DNA from: Octopus bimaculoides
Lineage: Eukaryota
Reading direction: 5' to 3'
DNA: 64,000 bases
NCBI RefSeq assembly: GCF_001194135.2
Contig: NC_068983.1
Coordinates: 130,681,254-130,745,253, forward strand
The notes beneath the pieces are model-generated. The model did not search any database. It had not been told where the DNA came from and saw only the letters and a program-made list of their open reading frames with translations. How positions within the stretch are numbered: position 1 is the stretch's first letter; each line of letters starts with the position of its first letter. The position numbers were made by a program, and so were the translations under genes. Positions 23,501 through 36,855 of this stretch are shown piece by piece.

Positions 23501-24743
23501 TCAGGCTGAGTAAAAAGTAAATAACGTTTTGAAACATGAAATTCATCACAATATATTTCAACAATGCGGAAATTTAATTCATCAAAGTAAGTACCATTAC
23601 AATCAATACATTTTTGCTAACGAGTTACAAGTTTGTTTATTCTGGTAACATGAAAATCTGGAGTTCTGGAGTTGAAGAACTCTTTGAACGCACTTTCAGC
23701 ATCGGTTTGATTTTTGAATTCATTCTCTTGCAGGAAACAATCAAGGTGCTTTTAAAAAGTGGTACCCGCTAGGAGAAAGGTCTGGGGAATATGCTGCGTG
23801 GGGAAGAACTTCGTTGCCAAGTTCCCTCAACTTCTGGAGCATCCTTAGGGAAACATGTGGTGGAGCATTGTCATGAATAAGGATTGGCCCTCTTGCATTG
23901 ACTAGTCTGGGACGGAGGAGTAGCAGATTGTCGTTCATTTTGGTAATTTCATGGCAATATGTTTCCGGGTTTTAAACATTTATAGTGAATGAGTCCAGCA
24001 GTACACCATCAAACAGTCACTATATCATTCTTCTCAAAGATCTTGGGAAGGTCTATGGTGCTTAACTTTGATCAAACCACAGCGAAGAACGTTTTCTTTT
24101 TTTATTGTACAGAATTCCCTTTCATCGCAAGTTGCAATTCGGTTGAGAAATGGATCGGTTTGGTTACGGAGAAGAGGAAACTATCAAATTTCATATCTGC
24201 GCATTTTTTGATTTTCATTCAAATCGTCTGGTACCTATTTCTCGAGCATTTTTGTTTTTTCCGATCGCATTCAAATCGTTGCAGGCAGTTTTCTGGTTAA
24301 CCTGAAGGTATTTTATTAGTTCTCGAATGGTCTTCTGCGGATCTTTCTCGATTACGGTCTTTAATTGACCGTCATTGATGAAAGATCTTCAAAGCTCAGG
24401 TTTCCACTACGAAATCGTTTAAACCATGTTCGAGCTGACCACTCACTGGTCATTTCCACACCAAACGTTTCGTTGATATTAACAGCAGTATTACTACTTT
24501 GCGTCCTTTTTTGAAGTTGAATAGCAAAATTGCTCGAATATCGCGCTTTCACAGTTCCATTTCAGATGATTGTAACAACAGTGAAAAAAAATCAATGTTA
24601 ATTTATTGATGCATTCCGGCAAGTCTAAATCGGTAATATCAGGCAATTGCACAAAAAATGTTTCAAAAAAATTCAGAAATCTGCAAAACTTCGGTACAAA
24701 TTATTCATGGTTCAAAATGTTGCTTGCTTTTTACTCAACCTGA
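23501..24743 (-). mobile_element. mariner transposon, full-length relic (~1.24 kb) with both TIRs and TA flanks
   Basis: TIRs TA|tcaggctgagtaaaaagtaaataacgttttgaa and ttcaaaatgttgcttgctttttactcaacctga|TA. Motifs IATCDE and HDNAPPH...HAAYSPDLSPSGYHF. Confidence 0.9.
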
Positions 24744-25363
24744 TATGTACACGTATACATCTACATAGTTTGCATATATATGAATGTATTTTTTTATGTA
24801 TATTTGTATATGCTTATGTGAGATGTTATATTGATTTTATATTGTAAAAACGACTTCTTCGTTAATCTTTTATTCTTAGTAAGCAACATTTTGAACCATG
24901 AACAATTTCTACCGGATTTTTCCGGAGTTTTGAATATTTTTGAAACAATTTTGTGCAATTGTTTGGTATTACAGACATAGACTTGCCCAAAACGTTGATA
25001 GTAACGCCTTTTTACCTCATTTTATCAAATTATTCATACCTAATGCTAATAATAATCTATCATTATAATAATGATAATAGTGTATCATTATAATAATGAT
25101 AATGTAATGTATACAACCAAATTCACGGATAGCAAACCTTTCCAAGCGTATTTCTTACTTACTTTCGCAGTTTCGTTGATGTCTAGTATGCCACCGTGAT
25201 AATTTTTAGTGAATAATACATACATTGATATATGCAAAATTCTGCAAAGTTTATAGTTGTGCTTTGCCAGTTATTACATTACATGCAACGAATTTCAGTT
25301 TAGAAAAGTCTATACAATTTTAAAGCACTTAAGAAGACATGATAAATGCGACAGCTGTTATCC

Positions 25364-25677
25364 CGCATTAGATGAAGGAAATTATCTTGTAAATTTGTTT
25401 GCAATTGCTGTACATTGTGGTACATATGACTCAAGCAAAAATACCGATAAATCAGTCTCCCTCGCAGTTGATGGATTAAAATGTGATGACCAAATACGAT
25501 AATATGCAAACACACATGCACACTCACATGTGTGCATATTATCGCATTTGGTTATCTCATTTTAATCCATCAACAGCAAGGGAGACTGATTTAATGGTAT
25601 CTTTGCTTGCGCCATATGTACCACAATCTACAGCAATTGCAAACAAATTTAAAAGATAATTTCCTTCATATAATGTG
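25364..25677. repeat. ~314-bp near-perfect palindrome (~150-bp arms, minimal spacer)
   Basis: The arms give the same pseudo-peptide on opposite strands ([30 protein letters not shown]). Centre is cacacatgcacactcacatgtgtg. Confidence 0.9.
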
Positions 25678-25726
<49 letters not shown>

Positions 25727-26609
25727 TGTATGTATGTATGTATGTATGTATGTATCTTTGTATGTATGTATGTATACATGTATGTATGTAGGTATGTATG
25801 CATAACATATTCCTGGTGCCTATGAGTATGCACTACCTGCTGTAGTTCCTGTGAGTGATAATGGCATTGTTGAGATTTAAGTGGGCGTTCTACAAATATT
25901 CTTATCTGATATTTCTTCCACATTTCTGTTTGGTTTTAATAGAAATTTTCGTTTGAATTTCAACCACTTATGTTTAGATAATACAGAACAATGTATTTCA
26001 GACTATTATAGTTCGCTGAAATTATTATTTGTACAGAATTCTATAAGTTTTAATGAGCGAATCCAACATATCTCAATCTTTTTCCGTAGCACTTACCAAC
26101 TTGGATTTAATAATCGACGTATATATCGATATTGACATTGCACTTTAACAGCAGATGTGAAAAGTTGTCATAATATCAGTCTTCTCAAAGGCACGTCAAA
26201 AACACTGTCTTGTACAACTAACACATTATAATAACCATGATCTTTCACTGCTCTCTGTTTTACGTGGTCACACACACGCATACCCACATACACGCTCACA
26301 AACACATACACACCGCTTTTATAATGGCCTTTGTTCTCCATAGTTATCTAGTCATCTTTCACCTCCATTTATACAGTGCCAATCCATATGTGTCTCCTTC
26401 TCTAATCACTCTGGATATTACCAACTCACCATTCCCAGTGTGTTCTCAATTTTCAGTCTTTTCTCCGCAATTTAATCTTTTTCATCAACAGTTTAAACGG
26501 GATGTTAACGGTATCAATCTCACTGGTCTGGAAGGGGCTTAATGTACTATAGTCAGGGGACTTTTCTCCAGAAACTGCAAATAAAATTATGGAGAGAGTA
26601 ATGAATATA

Positions 26610-27478
26610 CACAGATAGGACAGAAGTAAATAGACACCCTTATAATCATTAAAATTTATTTCAATTTGAAATTATTCATTCAAATTATTTATTGATTATT
26701 ATAATGTGAATGTTTAATATTTAGTTGAAATGACATTTGCATTTTTCAATGCAAGCATCCTATAAGGCATGCTAATGGTCAGATGACGGATATTCTCTTG
26801 GGGAAATTCTTGCCATATGTCCTGCAGTAACCTCAAAAGTTCTGGCTTTGAGGATGCTTTCTTGCTGTTTTTACGAAGTGTCCTATCCATTATTTCCCTG
26901 AAGTATTCAAAAGGTTTCATATAATGTGAATGTTGCCCTTTGCATTTATGGAAGGTGGGGCTCCTCGTCACACGGCTAAAAGACCCAAGGTTGGTTGGAA
27001 AAGAATGGCATTAAAAACTGCCATGGCCAAGCCAGTCACCAGATATAACAGCTGTTCTGGGACTGATATCAAATTCTTCTTTTATGTCAGAGGCATTGCA
27101 ACGAGGATTATCCTCCATGCTTCACTTAGCAAAGCAAAGGGTCCTGTTAGAGGGTCCTTGTGTCCTGAACAAGATGATGTCCATTGTTTCCTCTCTCTCT
27201 CTTTGCTGAATTTCACAATCGCTCTATTAACTGTAGAAAGTGGGATCCAAAGATTTTCTGCGACAAATTTCACATTCAGGTCGATCCACAATACGGCTTC
27301 TTTGAAATGGGGACAGTCCCAAGACTTCTTTTGTAAGTGGAATGATTAAACAGTCACATATAGAACATGTGGCATAAAAATGTCCATGTATTAAAAAATA
27401 ATTAAAATAAACATTTTCAATTAAAATAAGCATAACAAATGTTTTATGGGGTTTCTATTTACTTCTGTTCTGTCTGTG
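26610..27478 (-). mobile_element. Tc1-like transposon, internally deleted, with an inverted catalytic segment
   Basis: TIRs TA|cacagataggacagaagtaaatagacaccc and gggtttctatttacttctgttctgtctgtg|TA. HTH and C-terminus (…MPYRMLALKNANVISTKY) are on the minus strand, while FMEGGAPRHTAK...PWPSQSPD is on the plus strand. Confidence 0.85.
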
Positions 27479-27859
27479 TACATCAGTAAACAGCAACGTA
27501 CACAAAAGACTCCGGTGAATAACAACACAAGCTGAGCAGTGATTACTAAACAATGAAGCAAAATTTAAATACAAAATATCACTTAGATTGTGAATAGACA
27601 GAAATAATCCACAGTAATTTTTCTACTGTTACTATCCCTATATGTGTACAACTACACTGCAAGTCTCTATATGTACAACTACAATGCAAGGGTAGAATCA
27701 AGCATTGTTACTCAAAATATTATTACGAAACAAAGCTATCCACATAATGTCATCTATTCAATCTAAAAAGCTTTAGAAATACACCCATCCAAATAATCAC
27801 AATGAGAAATCCATTGTTCAACATGAATGATTTGTTAGCAAAAACGTCAAAACTTCCTA

Positions 27860-28330
27860 CTAAGTACACGTGGTTCACTGTATTTTTGGAAGATTTTCTC
27901 TCAGAGCAATATGCCGATGTTTCTTGACGAGGTTTCTGCTACAAATATGGAAAATGGAGTTGAAAGGATTTTGACCCATAAGTAATTCTTAATTGAAAGT
28001 CATGATTCGAATGATGTGTACAGTACGGACTGTCTTCAAGAGACTAAATATCTTGATGGCTTCATTAAAGCCGGTGACGTTAAAATCAGTATACCACTTC
28101 TTTGCCTCGAAAGGCAAGACGCTATTCACTTGGGCCGGTATTTTTTCTCAACTCAGGAAGACTTACTGCCCAAAATCAATGCAAAAAATCTTGCAACATA
28201 ACCAGATATCTAGGACTGAAATTGTTATATGAAATGCTTGATATATTGATATCACTACATTATTATAATTTACTGAGATCGGAAGATTAAACGACCTTTT
28301 AGAAAATCTATATTTAATGCAGTTATCACT
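27860..28330 (+). pseudogene. Possible Helitron Pif1-helicase relic
   Basis: Weak motifs TVFLEDF (cf. V.GDFRQ), GFIKAGDVK (cf. LLKIGDG), FFSTQEDLLPKI and KSIFNAV (cf. YKSIDTV). Heavily decayed. Confidence 0.3.
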
Positions 28331-28726
28331 GTGTTCTAAGAAAGACGAAGAAGGCATAAATATCTGTTAATTTGCGTGTGTATCTATATATGTAAGTATG
28401 TATGTGAGCCTGTATATATGTATGTAATTATGTATGTATGCATATATGTATGTATGCATGGAACAGATGAGAAAAAGGGGATTTTTTTTAAAACGGGGGC
28501 CACATTTTCATTAACGAAACACTTTGAAACTTGGAACACTGGTAGAATGTGTCATACAAAACATCTTTTTCTCTTAGTCTTCTTAAAAAAAAAGAAATCC
28601 CTAAGTTATTCCATGTTAAAGTTGTCGTATTTCTGTAATTTCAACCAATCACTGACGTCCATTCAGCCGATATACATTAAGTGCAGACTACATAAACAAA
28701 CGATTCTGAAACAATTCTATCGGTGA

Positions 28727-28756
28727 TAGGGTTAGGGTTAGGGTTAGGGTTAGGGT
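28727..28756 (+). repeat. Interstitial (TTAGGG)5 telomere-like repeat
   Basis: tagggttagggttagggttagggttagggt is directly visible. Confidence 0.9.
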
Positions 28757-29515
28757 AAAACAGCAAATTTAAAAAGAATAANNNNNNNNNNNNNNNNNNN
28801 NNNNNNNNNNNNNNNNNNNNNNNNNNNNNNNNNNNNNNNNNNNNNNNNNNNNNNNNNNNNNNNNNNNNNNNNNNNNNNNNNNNNNNNNNNNNNNNNNNNN
28901 NNNNNNNNNNNNNNNNNNNNNNNNNNNNNNNNNNNNNNNNNNNNNNNNNNNNNNNNNNNNNNNNNNNNNNNNNNNNNNNNNNNNNNNNNNNNNNNNNNNN
29001 NNNNNNNNNNNNNNNNNNNNNNNNNNNNNNNNNNNNNNNNNNNNNNNNNNNNNNNNNNNNNNNNNNNNNNNNNNNNNNNNNNNNNNNNNNNNNNNNNNNN
29101 NNNNNNNNNNNNNNNNNNNNNNNNNNNNNNNNNNNNNNNNNNNNNNNNNNNNNNNNNNNNNNNNNNNNNNNNNNNNNNNNNNNNNNNNNNNNNNNNNNNN
29201 NNNNNNNNNNNNNNNNNNNNNNNNNNNNNNNNNNNNNNNNNNNNNNNNNNNNNNNNNNNNNNNNNNNNNNNNNNNNNNNNNNNNNNNNNNNNNNNNNNNN
29301 NNNNNNNNNNNNNNNNNNNNNNNNNNNNNNNNNNNNNNNNNNNNNNNNNNNNNNNNNNNNNNNNNNNNNNNNNNNNNNNNNNNNNNNNNNNNNNNNNNNN
29401 NNNNNNNNNNNNNNNNNNNNNNNNNNNNNNNNNNNNNNNNNNNNNNNNNNNNNNNNNNNNNNNNNNNNNNNNNNNNNNNNNNNNNNNNNNNNNNNNNNNN
29501 NNNNNNNNNNNNNNN

Positions 29516-29552
<37 letters not shown>

Positions 29553-29569
29553 ATATATATGTGTGTATA

Positions 29570-30345
29570 TATATTCCACCATTCCTGTTTAATGTTCCTT
29601 AGAGTAGTCTGCATTCCCCTGTTCAGCTTACTGTAAGCCTCGTTCGAGTTGGTGTTCAAGGACTGAGAAAGAAGTGTATTGTCTAAGTTTTGTTTTTCTG
29701 GCAGTAGATCATGAATTTCTGCTGATCTATCTGAGAACCAGTCACTAGACTTATGTGATTTAAATCCTACTGATGAAGTTGCAGCCTGAAATACTTTTGT
29801 TTTGAAAACTTCCCATAGATTGTTTTGTCAAGATTGATACTTTCTATAGGATCGTGGAATATTTGCAAGCTGCTTGATAATTTAAAGCTTGCAACATTTA
29901 ACTTTTTGGGTGGTTTAGGACCAGACTGTCGATTTTTAGGCATAATCGAAAAATCTATTTTCCACGCCCTAGACAATGGTCAGTGCAGCTCTCTGCTCAC
30001 ATCATGGCCCGAGCGCTAGAAGCGTCTTTTATAACACGTTTTCTGATCAAACTATAATATATGAGATGCCAGTGCTTAGATATTGGAGGCATCCAGGTAG
30101 TTTTATATTTATTTTTCTGCTTAAACAGAGTCTCCCTGACAATCAGTATTTTCCTTAATGATTGTACTATATCATCATAAAACTCTCGAAAAGTTTCATC
30201 AGCTCTTGCTGGTCCAAATCGGATGTACAATCTATGTGGTTGTCTTTTCCGAACATTGGTTTTAAAAGCCACCTCAGATGCCATGATGGGTCTAAGGTGT
30301 AGGTACAGGTGGTGGTCAAACTGTGCATAAGGAGTAGAAAACCAC
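29570..30345 (-). mobile_element. RTE (BovB-like) LINE relic, APE endonuclease and linker
   Basis: KNKYKTTWMPPISKHWHLIYYSLIRKRVIKDASSARAMM*AESCTDHCL matches the RTE TWMHPRSKHWHLIDY...RAMRGA.CWTDH motif. Confidence 0.8.
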
Positions 30346-32519
30346 CATATATATATATATATATANNNNNNNNNNNNNNNNNNNNNNNNNNNNNNNNNNN
30401 NNNNNNNNNNNNNNNNNNNNNNNNNNNNNNNNNNNNNNNNNNNNNNNNNNNNNNNNNNNNNNNNNNNNNNNNNNNNNNNNNNNNNNNNNNNNNNNNNNNN
30501 NNNNNNNNNACATCAGAGATGCCCATAAAAGGACATCTGACCCGCTAAAATGAGCAGCCAAAGCTCTACACCACAAATTAGGGATATTTTCGAAAAGGGA
30601 TGAAAAATAAAAACATTTACCATCTATATTCCGAACCAGGTTTCAAGTTATTTTAGCAAAACAAATTATTTTGCAAGGCCAACTATCATCAGCGGAATAG
30701 CCTAGATCGACATGTATGCACGAGGCAGTACAGAGAGAACATGACTTGTGCATATATGTCTAATTTTTCAAACATTACCGTGCATGTGTGGAATACTTTA
30801 TCAGCAGCAAATACAAAAAACAAAATACTGATTTTTTTCCGAAATTAGCCAAATACATTTTATCATAATTAATAAGTCTTAGGGTAGCAAAATATTAAGA
30901 AATTTAATTTACTACTATTGGTATAGCGAGAAAAAAAAAATCAGTCAACAGACTATATATTATTCATGTAAAATGCAGTGTACATTTAATACACATCAGA
31001 GATGCCCATAAAAGGACATCTGACCCGCTAGAAAAGCGATATATATATATATATATATATATAAATTATTAAGAGAGAGAGAGAGAGAGAGAAAGAAAGA
31101 TGCCCATGGCATACGCACACATAGCTATACATATACGCATATATATGTGCATGTGTATATATGTCTGAGCATTTATGTGTACATTGTATGTCCAAAATCT
31201 TTTGTTTAAGTACTAATCTCGACTATAGTCTATATTTCTATTTTCTTGGGCCTCTCTCTAAACAGAAGTAATGAGAGGGCACCACTGAAGTGTTTGGCTT
31301 CCTATGTCCTGTGGAATATCAAATTATAGCTTTCTCGAATAAGTTATTGTATTAATATTATTGAAATACTTATAATCTAAACATAGAACATTTTTGAACC
31401 GACGTTCTTGAATGCGTACACCATTTGCCACTTTGTGTAAATTGTTGAATATTTCTAATCCAATATATGTAAAGTTACATTCATAGACATTTTCAGACTG
31501 TGTATTTTTTTAATAATATATAGTCAGAGAAAATTTATTAAGTTTGGCAAAGCATCGGTCCTTTTCTTTTCTATAGTTCGTTCAGGACTGCAATATCAGA
31601 TAAGATTATCTTGATATATTAACTTCCTACAGTTCCTTGGCATCATATATGACAACGTTTCTACGGAACGTTCTTTAAACAAATGCTGAATGGCACCAGT
31701 TCAAATATTTCTAATCTTGTTCTCAGTTTTTCTATCTAAGTAGTTGTTAATATGTTGTCAGTTTCGCAATTGACAGATTCCAGTCTGTCATCTCCGAAGC
31801 ACTAAGACTATCAATTATCGCTCGCTTCCTATTCCTCCTACCTCTCTTTTGTCCATTCTACTTCGCCACATATTCCTGGGGCTATTGCGAATTGTCTTTT
31901 ACTAATATACTTCTCCCTCGTCAATCTTGCTTTGCCAAACTTGCTTTTATTGATTAATCACCATTCAAGTACTTTTTTGTTTGTATGTATCTTCAAAAGT
32001 ATTTGGCTCACATTTTAGCAACAACGTTTTAATCACCATTCTTATAACTATTAAGTAATTTCAAATTCGAATTATACTGTGCTAATGTATAACATTTTAG
32101 TTACATTATTGACTATTACATTTATTTGAGAGAAATACTGGAGGTGTAAAGCTAAGTAGGCACCATGTTTTTAATTGAATGAATTCGCCGATTAGCAATC
32201 TTCATACAAAAAATATGCATACAATATTTAATGAATTCTAATGTTAGACAGGATAATTTTATTTCGACAAAACTATCTTTCCATTAACTACTCATTTGTA
32301 CATTTGTAGTAAAAATTTCCTTTACTTGGTTCAATTGTTGCATAACAATTTCAATATTTCATCTAATGAAATTTGTCGAAATACGCTTTATACATCAATT
32401 AAAACTTAGGTTTAAATATGAAATGGAGTTTTATAAAAAAAAATAACTGTGGGCACTTAATTGTATTTTTGTTCATGACGACAGACAACTTCGGTGTGCG
32501 ATCACGTTGCATATTTTGA

Positions 32520-34255
32520 CCAGTAAAACAACTGGGCGGTATCAGACAACAAATAGGAGAGGCGACAGACTTTCCCCTTGAAAGATTCCTCTTTTGATAT
32601 TTACCCCTCCCAGCTTAACTCCCCATGCTGTGATTACAGTTCGCCACGTTGTCATTGAGTTTTTTATTAGCTTCAGGATATTGTGAGACTTTAAGCAGAT
32701 TAAGGCATTCAATAATCCACGTGTGTGGGACCGTGTGATATTCCTTCCTGTACTCCACCCATGACATCGCTAAATTTTTGTCTCTTTTTGAAATCAGCTA
32801 GGATAGTTTTATCGATTAGTAATTGATCCTTCGTTCCTCTACTCTTACGTCTACCCCATTTCTGTTCCACTGGTAGTAGATCGTTCTCATCTCGGTATTT
32901 ATAGATGCTGTTTGGTATGATACCTACCATCAGTTTTCACATCAGTGGCAAACAAGATATTGATCGGAAATTTCCAACGGCATTCCCTTTACTTGGATTC
33001 TTCTGGCATAGTACCGTTCTTACTTTTGTCATCCAAGCTGGTACTTGAATGTTACTATTCAGTATTTCGTCCAGTTTTCTTGCAATTCTCCTGTGCAGAG
33101 CTATCAACCTTTTAAACCAAAAGCCCTGAACCCCATCTGGCCCAGGCGCTTTCGAGTTAGGAATTTTCCTGCACTGATCACTAAACATCCCCACAGTTAT
33201 TCTCAAATCCTCCTTCTGATACTCTCCATTCGCCTCTTTGAGTGTTTCAAACTACTCTGCCTCAATTTCTTGTTGTTCCTCCTGAGACCATATATTTGAC
33301 CAGAATCTTTTATTTTATTCAGCATCCGGCACGGCTTTTTCACCTTCTTCTTTCTCCTCCAGTTCCTGATAAACTTATTTCTTATTTTGTTCGAAAAGTC
33401 TCTTTAATCTGTACTGGTCAATTCTCTATTCATATCTCTTTAGTTTGTGTACATTAGCTTTCAATCTCTGTTTTTATTCCTCAATCGCAACATTGATTCC
33501 TTTTCTCTTCACCCTATACTTCCTCTCTAGCTCGCCATATTACTCTCGCAGAACTTCATTTCTTCCTTTTTTTTCGTTCCAGAATATTAATATATTTTCT
33601 GGTCTCGTTAATAGACTGTGTTATTCTCCTTTTCCACCATAGTTCCTTCAGGTTATGTTGATATTTACGTTTGGCTTTCAAACCTAACTTCCGGGCTTTA
33701 AAGATCGAGATTGCGTTTATCAGATTGTTGGTGTCTGTGATGCTGTTATTCCTGATATCACCAGTGATATCATTTATCTTCCTGACCCATTCATTTAGTC
33801 TCTTTATGACTACCTTTTTTAAAATCCCGCATGAAAGCTCTGTTCACTACAGGCCCAAATATCAATGATTTCATTTAAAATGGATATTTGTTCCTCGATT
33901 CTATCATTGCTTTCCTGATCAATAATCTTATCCGCATGCACGCTTTCTTCCTTTACCTCCACTGCCATAGTTTCACAATCCACATTCTCTTCCTCATCCT
34001 TCTGTTCACCGCTGGTCTTACTATCCATAAGAACCTATCTCTTTATGCTTTCTAGTTCATCTGGAGGTAACCATTCCTTCATTCTGATGGCTCTATCTTG
34101 GTCAATGTTTCTTCTTGCCACATTCTTGATATTTCCTTCAGAATTTCCTGTTAGGCATTTGTTTTACACTTTTTGCAGTCTTACTGGGTGGTGTGTCCTC
34201 TTATCATCGACACAATTAGGTTGGTGGAGCTCTCTTCTGTACTTATATACTTACG
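32520..34255 (-). mobile_element. R4/Dong LINE relic, N-terminus to RT domain 4
   Basis: [49 protein letters not shown] and KRGIFQGESLSPLLFV. Confidence 0.85.
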
Positions 34256-34339
34256 TTGAGATTCAGTGCAGATCCTTAAACTGTTCATGTTGCCTTATTA
34301 TTATTATCATATACACTCAAAAGATTAAACTCTTAAAAA

Positions 34340-36165
34340 AGAAAAAAATCCTAACATCAAGCTACACAAGTAACCTTAGATGCTAAGAACCTTCCTAAGT
34401 GTCATAGATGTCCCTAATAACACTGTTCTTCTGCAGCTGTACTAAACTGAGTCCTATGCCCATTTCATTTATCCATCTGTTCAGATCTTTAGAGATTGCT
34501 CTCAATTCACCTGCTATTACTAGGATACATTTTACTCGCATTTTCCATAGTCTTTGTAACTCAGAAGCTAGGTCCTGGTTCTTTGCTATTTTTTCCATTC
34601 TTCTTATGTTGTTGTTTTCATCATTTGGGACTGTAAAGTCAGTTACCTAGTACTTTCTATTCTCTTTATTTATTACTACCACATCAGACCTTCTAGGCTG
34701 TATTACTCTGTCAGTCTGAATGTTAAAATCCCGCAACATCTTATATTTCTTAATTTCTCGTATTTTACTAGGTCCGTGTTCATACCATCTATCAGAATGT
34801 TCAAATCCTAGCTTTCTACATAGCTCCTAGCGGATCACTCTCCTTAGATCGTCATGTCTTTTACAGTATTCTATCTGTGCCAGCATGCAACATTCACTTA
34901 CTATGTAAGGCTTTCCTATTTTCATTTGCATAATTTACATTGGGAATCTACTTGGATTTGTCTAATTTGGCTTTTATCCAAAAAGTACTTAATGATTGAT
35001 CTTGTGCAGCTACTAACAGACGTTCTGTCTCCCTCTTCAGCTCTCTCTTCTGCAACCATAACCATGTCTAACTAATATTATTTGCTGAAACTTTCTTCGG
35101 AAATCTACCACGCAACGCCTTCTCCTTCCTGTCAGATATGTTCTGTTCCTTTTTCTGCTTTTTTACTTCGTTTGGTGTTTTGGTTTCTCTATGTCTTGCT
35201 GTGACTTTAGCAGCTTCTAATAAACTTTCTTCGTTATTACCTACACATCTACTCTATCTAACTCCACGCCGTCTTCCACTGGCATTAATCTTTTTCGCCT
35301 TCCTTTTAAGATATAAGTTTACTACTTCTACGCTTGCATGGAGTTCTCCATTCACATTGAATTTCTTCCTAGTTCTTCTGCCTAGCTTTGCTAATTCAGT
35401 TTTTATCCAGTCTTCAAATTCTGCTGAGTATCTAAGCCATGATCCTGCATAAGTATTTACAGCCTTCACTAGATTCGGAACATTTAGTTTTGAATTCATT
35501 AGCTTCCTCACACTTCTGACGTACTCTTTCTCAATTTTCCATTTCATTTCTGTAGTTAGTATTCTGTCAGATTCTAATACTACTAGATACTTATAATTCT
35601 CTCCTCCTTTCAAAAATGTTAATGTCTGGCCATCTTGTAATTGGATGCTTTCACAGTTGACTACCTGTCCCCTTCTCATGACTAATATTATACACGTATC
35701 TATGTCACATTCCATGTTCGTATCTTTGCTGAAGAGTTTTACAGTCTGTATTAAGGAATCTATCTCGTTTTCATTCTTAGTAAAAAGCTTCAGATCATCC
35801 ATGTAGAGAAGGTTGTTAAGTTTTCCCTTACTGTTTCTGAACTGATGCTCTAATTTTGCCTTCCTTAATACTAAACGGAGGGGGATCAAACATAGAACAA
35901 ATATTAAAGGGGACAACGAGTACCCCTGAAAAATTCCTCTTTTGATAATAACCTTCCCTAACAGCGTGTCACCTGAATATAGATCTACTTTCCATTTCTT
36001 CATGCTAAAGCTATTTAATTCTCCTGTGTTGTCTTCTATACTGAATATGTTCCAATGTTCACTTATCCATGAATGTGGGATCATGACATAGGCTTTCCTG
36101 TAATCTATCTATGCTATTGTTATATTTTTCTTTCTAGCTTTTACTTTATTAAAAACTACTTTGTC
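34340..36165 (-). mobile_element. R4/Dong LINE, 5'-truncated: RT, RLE endonuclease and 3' end
   Basis: 276-aa ORF 35254-36084 with MIPHSWI, GIFQGYSLSPLIF, YMDDLKL and YKYL. Downstream RLE-like region with DFNIQTDRVIQPRRSDVVV and ELQRLWKM. Confidence 0.9.
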
Positions 36166-36819
36166 TATATTGTTGTTGTTGTTGTTCCTTTGATAACTCT
36201 TTAGTTAACGATCACTGCCGGGTGTCAACGAAAGAAAGTAAAGCAGGTGTTCTCATGTGTCTGTGGAACAAATAAGATATAAAGTCAATTTAGTTTCCGT
36301 ACACAAAAACATAAACTTGCGCAAGGAATTAAATAGGATATATAACTGAGGCGAATTCATTAGCATTTATTCGGTATTGCTGTGATAAAACATTTACTTA
36401 CAAAGTGAACCGTGCCGTTGAGATGTATATTTGAACTTCATAAATGTTTGCTTTACCAGGGTTGTCCTCTTCAAATTCCTTTACGACCTTGGAACATCAA
36501 GCGCGTCTAGCGTTCATTGAATCTTCAGTTGCCACATTCTGCTTATCTCGTTTTCTGGGTCTTTGTAATTCGCATATTTGTCATAATCTTTAAGAGATAT
36601 ACATATCTGATAGTTATAGTCATGGCAAAAATTAGGCATGTTTTATTCTATGAATCTTTAACGATAGTATCATGGCGAATGCATCAACTCCAGAAGTTTA
36701 TTTCGTTTTAAGCCTGGTGCCTATACTATCGAACTCTTTTGCCGAGCCGCTAAGTTGCAGGGACGTAAATGCACCAGCACTGGTTGTCACGCGGTGATTG
36801 TGTCAGACACAGACACACA

Positions 36820-36855
<36 letters not shown>

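Noticed and set aside
30509-31030. 38-bp direct repeat (30509-30546 and 30993-31030) that looks like an LTR or TSD
   Set aside because: The first copy starts exactly at the edge of an N gap. The same pattern occurs at 37540-37602 versus 37829-37892, so a scaffolding or gap-filling artefact is likely.
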